A stretch of DNA of 64,000 nt from Gemmatimonadaceae bacterium. Lineage in GTDB: Bacteria > Gemmatimonadota > Gemmatimonadetes > Gemmatimonadales > Gemmatimonadaceae. Each line of letters starts with the position of its first letter. Positions within the stretch are counted from its first letter, which is position 1. The stretch lies in the NCBI GenBank assembly GCA_013361335.1, contig JABFYH010000003.1:4217-68216 (forward strand). The letters run 5' to 3'. Below the pieces are notes generated by a model. It made no database searches. It was not told the origin of the DNA and worked only from the letters and a program-made list of their open reading frames with translations. This document shows, piece after piece, positions 28,899-36,398 of the stretch. The position numbers were made by a program, and so were the translations under genes.

Positions 28899-29844
28899 CG
28901 GCCACCTCCACGAGCTGCCCCCGTGAGGTCCAGCGCCGCTCGACCACCGCGGCCAGCCAGGTGATGGCCGCGATGCAGACGAAGGAGACGATGAACAGGA
29001 GCCAGCCTTCGGTCATGTGCATGAAGCCGGTGCCGAGCGAAGGATCGACGAAGTACACGAGGAAGCCCGTCAGGAACACCCGGACCCCATTGATGGCGAT
29101 GGCGATCGGGATGGCCAGGGCGACGAGGAGCACGCGAACGAGGGGGAGCCGCAGCATGAGCCCACCCATCAGCACGGCGAGGCTGAGCAGCGCCGTGAGC
29201 GAGCGCAGCCCGCTGCAGGCCTCGGTGACGAAGAGCTCGTGCCCCGGGATGCGGATCACGTTGCCGGTGAGCAGCACGGGGATGTCCCGCGTGCGGAGCA
29301 GCGCCGCCCCGAGCTGCGATGCCTTGAACTGAAGGGGGAGGGCGAGCGCCTGCGTCACCAGCTCGGGGAGCGGGATGGAGAGGCCGATGAGCAGGAAGGG
29401 GAGCCACCACCGGAGCAGCTGGCGGAACCCGAAGTGGTAGACCGTCAATCCGCCCAACGCCAGCACGACCGAGGCCCGCATCGTGAACAGCTCCGCCGCC
29501 AGGCCCGCCATGTAGCGGATCACCACCGCGAGGGCGAGCATGCCGAGGCCCAGCCCGACGTTGCCCCTGGCGTCGCCGCGAATGCCCGCCTTCCACGCGA
29601 GCCAGACGGCGAGAGGCGCCAGCAGCAGACCGTGGCCGGCTTCGGGCAGCGACCACCAGTCGCGGACGAGCAGCGCGATCGGCTGCGCGAACAGCACGAT
29701 GAAGGCGGCACCGGCGAGCAGGGCGGGGAAGAGCAGCCGCACACCGGCGAGCGGGTCGACGCGCGCGGTGCCGACGATGCCGGCGGCATACTGGCGCACG
29801 CTCGCGTACGATCCGTTGGGGGTCGTGGTGCCGGCCTGAGTCAC
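28891..29844 (-). CDS. epsH: Exosortase (EpsH family transpeptidase for PEP-CTERM proteins)
   Basis: Polytopic, with WWSLPEAGHGLLL near the N-terminus, the active-site context TEACSGLRSL, and IAIAINGVRVFL. GTG 29844 is chosen because GC3 is about 90% downstream and about 75% upstream. ATG 29898 and ATG 29991 are alternatives. Confidence 0.85.
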   Translation of the reverse strand: MTQAGTTTPNGSYASVRQYAAGIVGTARVDPLAGVRLLFPALLAGAAFIVLFAQPIALLVRDWWSLPEAGHGLLLAPLAVWLAWKAGIRGDARGNVGLGLGMLALAVVIRYMAGLAAELFTMRASVVLALGGLTVYHFGFRQLLRWWLPFLLIGLSIPLPELVTQALALPLQFKASQLGAALLRTRDIPVLLTGNVIRIPGHELFVTEACSGLRSLTALLSLAVLMGGLMLRLPLVRVLLVALAIPIAIAINGVRVFLTGFLVYFVDPSLGTGFMHMTEGWLLFIVSFVCIAAITWLAAVVERRWTSRGQLVEVADA

Positions 29845-30239
29845 GTGTGAGCCTGTGTCATTCGGGTGTGGACGGCGCGCGGTCGGGCCGCCCTGCATTC
29901 GGAAGCTGTGCGCCGGGAAGGCCGGAGACAAGCGCGCGGATGTCGGCGCCGGGCCCCGCTCGTGTCGCAGTCCGCCACGCGCGCGAACCACGAGCGGCCA
30001 GCCGTCCCGGAGGGCGCGGCTGGTGCCTCGGCGCCGACGATTCCGCGAGGATCAATCCTCGTCTGCGCCCATCTGGCTCAGGCAATCAGAGGGCCAGTGA
30101 TGTAGATCACTAAACTCAAACACGGCAAAGACTTGCGGGCTATGGTCCAGGAGCGGCGGCAGGTCCCGTTGCGTCCACGCCACACCTCCGTAGCGTGGCC
30201 GCGACGAGCCGGCGCCACAGTCCGCGCGGGAAAGGCAGC

Positions 30240-30269
30240 GGGGTCATGCCTCGAGTGAGGCATGACCCC
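30240..30269 (-). terminator. Terminator hairpin after the Big_2 lipoprotein gene
   Basis: GGGGTCATGCCTC (30240-30252), loop GAGT, GAGGCATGACCCC (30257-30269). The 13-bp stem is perfect and starts 8 nt after the stop at 30277. On the minus strand it is followed by GCUGCCUUUCC. Confidence 0.6.
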
Positions 30270-30276
30270 CTTCCGA

Positions 30277-31881
30277 TCAGCTCCGCGTGACGACGATGAA
30301 GGCGCCGATGGTGTGCGCGCTGACGTTCCCCGCGGCGTCGACGGCGGTGAAGGTTTGCGTCCAGAGGCCCGGATCGGAGCCCTTGGGGATCGTGACGCTG
30401 CAGCCCCAGCGGCCATTCTTCGGCGTGCCCGACAACAGGGTTCCGGAGCACTCGACGAACTTGCTCGGATTGCCCGGCGCCGTGAGCCGATAGGTGAAGC
30501 TCGCCACCCCCGACAGATCGTCGGAGTAGTCGGCGGCGGCGTCGATCCGCTGGTCCGCGGTGGTCACGTCGACCGTAGTCGGGGAGACGGTGATGTTGGC
30601 CGGGCCCGAGGGCTCGACTCTATCCTCGTCGCTCGTCACCGTGAACTTCGCCCCGTAGCTGGCGGACAGCTGATCCGCGCCGTAGCTCGTCGTCTGAGAC
30701 GCGTTGTCGGTGATCACCACCGAGGAGAGCACCCACTGCCCCGCGGCCGCGCCGGCAGGGATCGTCAGGTCGCAGCTCCATGCGCCGTTCGCGATGGCGG
30801 TGCCCGATGCCGTGCAGCGCACCACCGGATCGCCGTGGGTCGTGGAGATCGTGTGGCCCGTCGCCGAGACGACGACGCTCTTGATCCCTTTGCCGCTGCC
30901 GTCGGCCACCCGTCCCGAGACGGTGACCGTCTGCGCGGTGGTGCGGACGTCGACGCTCGCCGGGGCGATCGTCAGCCCCGTCAGCGTCGGCGCACCCGCG
31001 ACGGCGACATCGATCGTCGCGTTGGCGAACTTGCCGTCGGCGGTCGCCGTGATGACCACCGAGCCAACCGACACGCCGGTGACGAGGCCGTTGGCGTCCA
31101 CGGTCGCGTTGGCGCCGTTGCTGGACCAGGAGACCGTCTTGCCGGTGATCGGCTGCCCATTCGCGTCCGACAGCGTGGCCGTGAGCTGAAGCGTCTTCCC
31201 GACGGACACCGTGCCGCTCGCCGGCGTGATGGCCACCCGCGCGACGCTGACCGGATTCACGTTCACGACCGCGGTGCCGGTCTTTCCCTCGACCGACGCG
31301 GTGATGTTCGCGCTGCCGAGCGCCTTCGCCGTGACGAGCCCCGTCGTCGAGACGGAGGCGATCGCGTCGTTGCTCGAGGCCCAGGTGACCGTGCGCCCGG
31401 TGATCGTGCCGCCGTTCGCGTCCTGCAGAGACGCCGTGAGCTGCACCGTCTGCCCCGTCGTGAGCGCGTTCGGCGTCGGCGTCACGGTGACGGTGGAGAC
31501 GGCGGGGATGATGGTGAGCGCGGCCGTCTGCGAGACGGAGCCGCTCGTCGCGGTGAGCGTCGCGGAGCCCGGCTTGAGCGCGGTGACGACGCCATTCGAG
31601 ACCTGCGCGACGCTCGGGTCGTTGATGGACCAGCCGACGACCAATCCATTCACCGGATTGCCCGAGGCATCCTTTGGTTGCGCGGTGAAGGTCGCCGTCT
31701 GTCCGGCGATGATGGTCGCCGAGCCGGGCGAGATCGTCACCTGTGTGACGGTGGGCGTCGGGGGCGTGATGTCGCCGCCACCACCGCCGCCGCCGCACGC
31801 CGCAGCGATCGCGAGAAGTGCCGACGTCGCCAGCCTGGCCGTTCCATTCGCTGTGGCGCAACCCAGCTTCATTCGCCTCAC
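30277..31881 (-). CDS. Lipoprotein with three Big_2 domains and two C-terminal Cys-pair modules
   Basis: Lipobox LLAIAAAC followed by a Gly7 run. Big_2 repeats at aa ~44-125, 127-209 and 211-293 (for example GQTVQLTASLQDANGGTI...ALGSANITASV). Two modules of about 105 aa follow, each with C...G(A/R)W(S/G)C..TIP.G...G.W. Confidence 0.8.
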   Translation of the reverse strand: MRRMKLGCATANGTARLATSALLAIAAACGGGGGGGDITPPTPTVTQVTISPGSATIIAGQTATFTAQPKDASGNPVNGLVVGWSINDPSVAQVSNGVVTALKPGSATLTATSGSVSQTAALTIIPAVSTVTVTPTPNALTTGQTVQLTASLQDANGGTITGRTVTWASSNDAIASVSTTGLVTAKALGSANITASVEGKTGTAVVNVNPVSVARVAITPASGTVSVGKTLQLTATLSDANGQPITGKTVSWSSNGANATVDANGLVTGVSVGSVVITATADGKFANATIDVAVAGAPTLTGLTIAPASVDVRTTAQTVTVSGRVADGSGKGIKSVVVSATGHTISTTHGDPVVRCTASGTAIANGAWSCDLTIPAGAAAGQWVLSSVVITDNASQTTSYGADQLSASYGAKFTVTSDEDRVEPSGPANITVSPTTVDVTTADQRIDAAADYSDDLSGVASFTYRLTAPGNPSKFVECSGTLLSGTPKNGRWGCSVTIPKGSDPGLWTQTFTAVDAAGNVSAHTIGAFIVVTRS

Positions 31882-31963
31882 CGCTTCTGATCAGATGGAA
31901 GATGATCGCATTCGCATGTGTGACGCAGCGCACATGTGGCAAGCGACCAGGTCGCAAACGCGC

Positions 31964-31999
31964 GACGGGGAGTCGTGCCCGATGGCACGACTCCCCGTC
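31964..31999 (-). terminator. Terminator hairpin after the PEP-CTERM gene
   Basis: GACGGGGAGTCGTGCC (31964-31979), loop CGAT, GGCACGACTCCCCGTC (31984-31999). The 16-bp stem is perfect. On the minus strand it is followed by GCGCGUUUGCG. Confidence 0.65.
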
Positions 32000-32048
32000 T
32001 CAAAGCGCAACTAGTACGCCAGCAGCAGAGCTTACTTCGTCGACGGTG

Positions 32049-32687
32049 TTACGAGTTCTTCCGACGACGTGCGATGCCGAACAGACCGACCAGACCCGTC
32101 GCGAGCAGACCGAGCGAGGCGGGCTCCGGCGTCGTGTTCACGATCGCCTTCACCGACGTCGGCTGGTTCACGTCGAGCGAGACCTTGATCCCGTTGTAGT
32201 CGACCAGCGGGCCCTGATCGAAGATCAGCGTGTAGGTCGTGTTGCCGATCGTCACCACCTGGTTCGGGGAGAAGACCAGCGTGCTGTTGCCCGTGCCGCC
32301 GCTGAGCGTGACGGTGCCGGTGAAGTTGCCGACCGCGCTGCCCGTGCCGGTGCTCGGCGACACCTGGTTGATCGCCAGGTTGAACACCACCGCGCCGGCC
32401 GGAACGGTCACCGTGCCGCCCGTCGTGGGCTGGAGCAGGAAGTTCCCGAGGAACGCCGGCGCCCCGTTGCCGTAGTTGATCGGGTTGATGTCCGTGCCCG
32501 TGAACGTGAGAATGAACCCCGCCCCCGGGCCGGTGCACGTGACGACCGTCAGCGGCACCGCGTTGTTGCACGTCGCTACACCCGACGTGAACTGCCCCGC
32601 CGTGGTGTAGTTGATCTGCGCTTCTGCCGGCGCGGCAACCGCCGCCGCCAGTAGCGCTCCTGCCATGAGTCTCGCCGCAATCCTCAT
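32049..32687 (-). CDS. PEP-CTERM sorting-domain protein (exosortase substrate)
   Basis: Signal peptide MRIAARLMAGALLAAAVAAPAEA and C-terminal PEP-CTERM signal TPEPASLGLLATGLVGLFGIARRRKNS. The SD-like GGGAGGAGG ends 3 nt upstream of ATG 32687. The rest of the 301-aa ORF-track extension is leader. Confidence 0.9.
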   Translation of the reverse strand: MRIAARLMAGALLAAAVAAPAEAQINYTTAGQFTSGVATCNNAVPLTVVTCTGPGAGFILTFTGTDINPINYGNGAPAFLGNFLLQPTTGGTVTVPAGAVVFNLAINQVSPSTGTGSAVGNFTGTVTLSGGTGNSTLVFSPNQVVTIGNTTYTLIFDQGPLVDYNGIKVSLDVNQPTSVKAIVNTTPEPASLGLLATGLVGLFGIARRRKNS

Positions 32688-33091
32688 ACGCCTCCTCCCA
32701 CCCTGGAAATAAGGTTTTCCCCTGACACTTGGTGAGTCACCGCCCTGGTGATCGCACCTCGGCACGCGGACTGAGGTCGGCGCGACCGTCGGACCTGCTC
32801 TCCGCCCCGTCCCACCCGACCGAGGGTGAAAAGCAGGCGGTGAACACGAGAACACCTCGGGCATTAAGCATACCGCTCGATCTTCGGCGGGCGGCCTACC
32901 CGCGGTCCCCCTTTCGAGGATCCGACATATCCACCCAAGTGCTTGCCGGACCAAACGTTAGACCCAAATACCACGGGTGCGACACGCACCAGCCCGCCAG
33001 CCTTTCGACCACTCCGCGGCCCCCCAGGGGTGTTGCACCGGATGAACACTTTGCCTAGAGGGCGCAACACCGCTCCACGAGGCCGTCAGCC

Positions 33092-33631
33092 TCAGCTCCG
33101 CTCCGGCGCCTGACCCACAACCAGCGGAGAGCCGCTCCGAGCCCGGACCGTGGTGCGTCCGTCACGCCGTGCCGCCTGGAACGACCCCCGCGCGAGCAGC
33201 GCGTTGCCGACCGCGAACAGCAGAATCTTCGCCAGCGCTTCCGCCGCCGCGCCGTCGTACCGATGGAGCGCACCGGGCGTGACCCGGGCCCGCGTCTGCA
33301 CCGCGTCGAGCGTGAAGATCACCGAGCTCCCGAGCAGGATGACGGCGATGACCGCCGTGATCGCGCCGAGCGTGAGCAGCACACGGCGCTGGTTGGCGAA
33401 CAGCGCGAGCACGACGAGCAGAAAGAGCTCGATGGTCGCGCCCATCGCATAGTTCGAGAACAGGCCCACGGCACCGAAGCGCCAGGTGGCGCTCTCGAAG
33501 TGCATGGGCCAGAGGCTCATGATCAGATCGGCGAACGGGAAGGTCGCGGCCAGGCCGAGAATCACGTAGCCGCTGGTGCGCACCGTCTTCAGATAACTTT
33601 CCGTCATGTATGGAGCTGCGGGGCTGCTCAT
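33092..33631 (-). CDS. Hypothetical integral membrane protein (about 4 TM)
   Basis: The 179-aa protein runs from ATG 33631 (MSSPAAPYMTES...). It has four hydrophobic segments and high GC3. I recognise no family. Confidence 0.6.
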   Translation of the reverse strand: MSSPAAPYMTESYLKTVRTSGYVILGLAATFPFADLIMSLWPMHFESATWRFGAVGLFSNYAMGATIELFLLVVLALFANQRRVLLTLGAITAVIAVILLGSSVIFTLDAVQTRARVTPGALHRYDGAAAEALAKILLFAVGNALLARGSFQAARRDGRTTVRARSGSPLVVGQAPERS

Positions 33632-33809
33632 CGCCGGGTCTCCGGACGAGGGTGACGATGGCAGAAAAGGGCGAGGATACGGCGGGCCATTGGAATCTCG
33701 AAAGGGCTGAAGGGATGGTCGGCGGGCATACTTACATGAAATGCCCGGGTGGGGCAAGTCGATGGGCCCGGCACGGGCACCTTCCGCGCCGCGGCGGATA
33801 TATTCCGAC

Positions 33810-34169
33810 ATGATCCGCAACGACAAGGAGCTCATCGTCGTCGGTGACCGCGTGGTCGTGCAGATGGAGGACGGCGAGGAGCGCACCAAGGTGGGGCTCT
33901 ACCTCCCCTCGACCGCCATCGACAGCCAGGCGGTGCAGGGGGGGACCATCATGGCCACCGGCCCCGGCACGCCGATGCCAAGCTTCGACGCGCAGGCCGG
34001 CGAGGAGCCGTGGAAGGAGCCGCTGCGCGAGCTGCGGTTCGTGCCCATGCAGGCGCGTCGCGGCGACTACGCGCTGTTCTTTCGCAAGGCTGCCGTCGAG
34101 ATCACCTTCGAGGGCGAACGCTTCCTGGTCGTGCCCCAGGCGGCCATTCTCGCGCTGGTGCGCGAGTAG
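33810..34169 (+). CDS. GroES (Cpn10) family protein, stand-alone
   Basis: VGDRVVVQMEDGEERTKVGLYLPSTA...GGTIMATGPG...GDYALF...AILALV follows the GroES pattern (GDRV.V, T.GGI.LP, G.V.AVG.G, ILA.V). No groEL gene follows. The start is ATG 33810. Confidence 0.65.
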   Translation: MIRNDKELIVVGDRVVVQMEDGEERTKVGLYLPSTAIDSQAVQGGTIMATGPGTPMPSFDAQAGEEPWKEPLRELRFVPMQARRGDYALFFRKAAVEITFEGERFLVVPQAAILALVRE

Positions 34170-34211
34170 ACCGCCGCCGCCAACATCGCTGCCATTCCAG
34201 AGGATGCTTAC

Positions 34212-34640
34212 ATGATGTATGACGAACGCTTCGTCACGCCGATGCGCCAGGAGCTCACCCGCCTCGGCGTGGAAGAGCTGCGCACCGCCGCCGAGGTCGA
34301 CGCGGCGCTCAAGGACGCCCCGGGGACGACGCTCGTGGTCGTGAACTCGATCTGCGGCTGTGCCGCGCGCAACGCGCGCCCCGCCGTGGCCGCGGCGCTC
34401 CAGCACGGGGTGAAGCCGGACCGCCTCACGACGGTCTTCGCGGGCCAGGACGTCGAAGCCGCGGCCCGCGCGCGCAGCTACTTCACCGGCTATCCGCCCA
34501 GCTCGCCCTCCATCGGCCTCCTCAAGGACGGCCGGATCGTGTTCATGCTCGAGCGCTATCAGATCGAAGGGCGCGGTGCCGACGAGATCTCGCGGGATCT
34601 GGTGGAGGCGTTCGACAGGCATTGCGGGCAGACGGTCTGA
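34212..34640 (+). CDS. Bacilliredoxin (BrxA/BrxB, YphP/YqiW family)
   Basis: It is near-colinear with B. subtilis YphP as I remember it. Shared blocks: PMRQELT..G.EEL.TA.EV, GTTLVVVNSICGCAA (CGC redox motif), TVFAGQD, YFTG.PPSSPS, and a C-terminal AFD.HC. Confidence 0.85.
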   Translation: MMYDERFVTPMRQELTRLGVEELRTAAEVDAALKDAPGTTLVVVNSICGCAARNARPAVAAALQHGVKPDRLTTVFAGQDVEAAARARSYFTGYPPSSPSIGLLKDGRIVFMLERYQIEGRGADEISRDLVEAFDRHCGQTV

Positions 34641-34706
34641 CGGTCTCACCGTCTCACCGTCTCACCGTCTCACCGTCTCATCGTCTCACCGTCTCACCGT
34701 CTCACC
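34631..34706 (+). repeat. 8-bp tandem array (about 9.5 copies) overlapping the bacilliredoxin stop codon
   Basis: GACGGTCT x2 is followed by CACCGTCT x7 (one CATCGTCT variant) and a partial CACC. The TGA stop at 34638-34640 straddles the junction of the first two units. The reverse complement of the unit is AGACGGTG, so the array reads GGTGAGAC in another register. Confidence 0.95.
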
Positions 34707-34779
34707 ATCCTTCAACGGCACGCACCCTGCACTCCGACCGAGTCCTCGGCAGTAGGGACTTCACACGGCGGAGATCGAT

Positions 34780-35379
34780 ATGGAGCGCAACGCGAACGAC
34801 ACTTTCGGCAGCAGCAACACCGGCGAGTCTTCATCGAGCAGCTACGGCACGGGCACCGGCTCGGCCGGCAGCGCCAACTCGCCCTCCAGCTTCGGCGGCA
34901 GCGCGTCCACTGGCGGCATGGGTGCCAGCGGGACCTCCGACGCGAGCTTCTCGCGTGACAGCTCCACGGATGCGGCTGGTCTGGCCGATCGTGCCCGCAA
35001 CGCCGCGAGCACCGCGGGAGAGAAGCTGAGCGACGTCGGGTCGACCGTCCGCGATCGCGCGGGCAGCCTGAAGAACACGCTCGCCAACGCCCTGGAGTCG
35101 GGCGCCGAGCGGCTGCGCGCGCAGGGCGCGGGCGGTGGGCAGATCGCCGGCTCATCGGTCACGGGCGGCAGCAGCACGATGGTCGGTGAGGGCAACCGGC
35201 TCAGCGAAGCGACGAACCAGCTCGCCGGCGGCCTGCAGGCGTCGGCCGACTGGCTCCGCGACGCGGATCTCGACGGCCTCAAGGCGGGCGTCGAGCGGCA
35301 GGTGAAGGAGCACCCGGGTCGCACGCTGGCCGTCGCGGTCGGTGTCGGCTACCTGCTCGGCAAGGCCTTCCGCAAGTAG
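34780..35379 (+). CDS. DUF883/YqjD-ElaB-like membrane-anchored protein with a Ser/Gly-rich N-terminus
   Basis: GGAGA lies 6 nt upstream of the ATG. The N-terminal ~70 aa are low complexity (S/G/T). Helical repeats follow, and the C-terminal anchor HPGRTLAVAVGVGYLLGKAFRK is typical of DUF883 tails. Confidence 0.6.
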   Translation: MERNANDTFGSSNTGESSSSSYGTGTGSAGSANSPSSFGGSASTGGMGASGTSDASFSRDSSTDAAGLADRARNAASTAGEKLSDVGSTVRDRAGSLKNTLANALESGAERLRAQGAGGGQIAGSSVTGGSSTMVGEGNRLSEATNQLAGGLQASADWLRDADLDGLKAGVERQVKEHPGRTLAVAVGVGYLLGKAFRK

Positions 35380-35388
35380 GCGGGTCCC

Positions 35389-35820
35389 GTGACGGTCGAC
35401 ATCAGATCCGACGGCCGTCGCGGCCTGGGCGCCCTCCTCCGCGATCTGGCGGAGGGGAGCGCCGGGCTCGTACGCGGCGAGGTGCGCCTCGCGCGGCTCG
35501 AGCTCGGCACAGCGGCGGCGGCGGCGGGGCGTGGCACGGCGTTCGTCGCCGTGGGCGGCGTTCTGCTCCTGCTTGGCACCCTCGCCACGTTCACGGGAAT
35601 CATTCTGCTCATCGGCGATCAGTGGCTGCCGCGCGACCTGTACTGGGTGGGCGCGCTGCTCTTCGTCATCGTCACCGGCGGCATCGCCGCCTGGCTCGCA
35701 AACCGAGGGCGCAGCATGCTCTCGCCGGCCGCGCTCGCGCCGCACGAGACGGTCGCGACGCTCAAGGAGGACAAGGAATGGCTGAAACACCCGCTGACGT
35801 CCGGCGCGACATCGAGCTGA
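35389..35820 (+). CDS. Holin-X / DUF1469 (YqjE-like) membrane protein
   Basis: LLRDLAEGSAGLVRGEVRLARLEL followed by two TM helices. The GTG start lies 9 nt after the upstream stop. Confidence 0.55.
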   Translation: MTVDIRSDGRRGLGALLRDLAEGSAGLVRGEVRLARLELGTAAAAAGRGTAFVAVGGVLLLLGTLATFTGIILLIGDQWLPRDLYWVGALLFVIVTGGIAAWLANRGRSMLSPAALAPHETVATLKEDKEWLKHPLTSGATSS

Positions 35821-36230
35821 CGCGCAACCGGATCTCGGATACGCTTCAGGAGCTGGAACAGAAGATGAACGTCGCGCAGATCATCAAGGACAATCCATGG
35901 CCCGCCCTCGCGTTGGCGGTCGGGGCCGGCGTGCTGCTCAGCGGATCGAAGGCCGACGTGAAGGCGGCGGCGGCGACCGTCGTGGCGACGAAGGGCACCG
36001 GCAGCCGGCTCAGTGGCGTGCTCGACGACCTCGTGTCGCAGGTCGTGGCCGGCTTCCATGGTGCCATCGAATCGCGGATCGAAGGGCTCGCCAGTGATGT
36101 GAAGCGCGCGATCGGCGCACCGGCCGGTGGCTCGAACGGCGCACGCACCGCCTCCGCGCACAGCGGGGCGTCGTTCGCGTCGGGCACGTCGTCCGAGGCT
36201 GCTGGCGCGAGCATTCCGCGCGCCGACTGA
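35778..36230 (+). CDS. DUF3618-like small membrane protein
   Basis: AAGGAGG lies 7 nt upstream of ATG 35778. MAETPADVRRDIELTRNRISDTLQELEQKM is followed by the TM WPALALAVGAGVLL. It overlaps the upstream gene by 43 nt. Confidence 0.55.
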   Translation: MAETPADVRRDIELTRNRISDTLQELEQKMNVAQIIKDNPWPALALAVGAGVLLSGSKADVKAAAATVVATKGTGSRLSGVLDDLVSQVVAGFHGAIESRIEGLASDVKRAIGAPAGGSNGARTASAHSGASFASGTSSEAAGASIPRAD

Positions 36231-36248
36231 TCGACCCGACGGTCGATG

Positions 36249-36288
36249 ACGAGGGGCCGGCTCGTCGCCGGCCCCTCGTTGCGTTCTG
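36249..36288 (+). terminator. Rho-independent terminator after the YqjD/E/K-like operon
   Basis: ACGAGGGGCCGG (36249-36260), loop CTCGTCG, CCGGCCCCTCGT (36268-36279), then TGCGTTCTG. It begins 19 nt after the stop at 36230. Confidence 0.65.
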
Positions 36289-36398
36289 CAACCGCTTCGC
36301 CAGCGGGTATAGTTCTTGAGTTCGCTGTTGGCGGTGAGGCTCCGGCGAGCCGTCATGAAGCGCGACTTCCTCTCGCGGGCAGAGACCTGCCAGGCCGC

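Noticed and set aside
32688-33091. A search for a sigma-54 promoter (TGGCAC-N5-TTGC), a riboswitch or a small ORF in the long PEP-CTERM leader.
   Set aside because: The GG/GC elements found do not have the required 10-nt spacing. I saw no recognisable riboswitch core. The only ORF (32864-33070, minus) has non-coding-like composition. The region is kept as an unexplained leader.
33632-33809. Heat-shock (sigma-32) or CIRCE control elements upstream of the GroES-like gene.
   Set aside because: There is no CTTGAA...CCCCAT pair at the correct spacing and no TTAGCACTC-N9-GAGTGCTAA inverted repeat.
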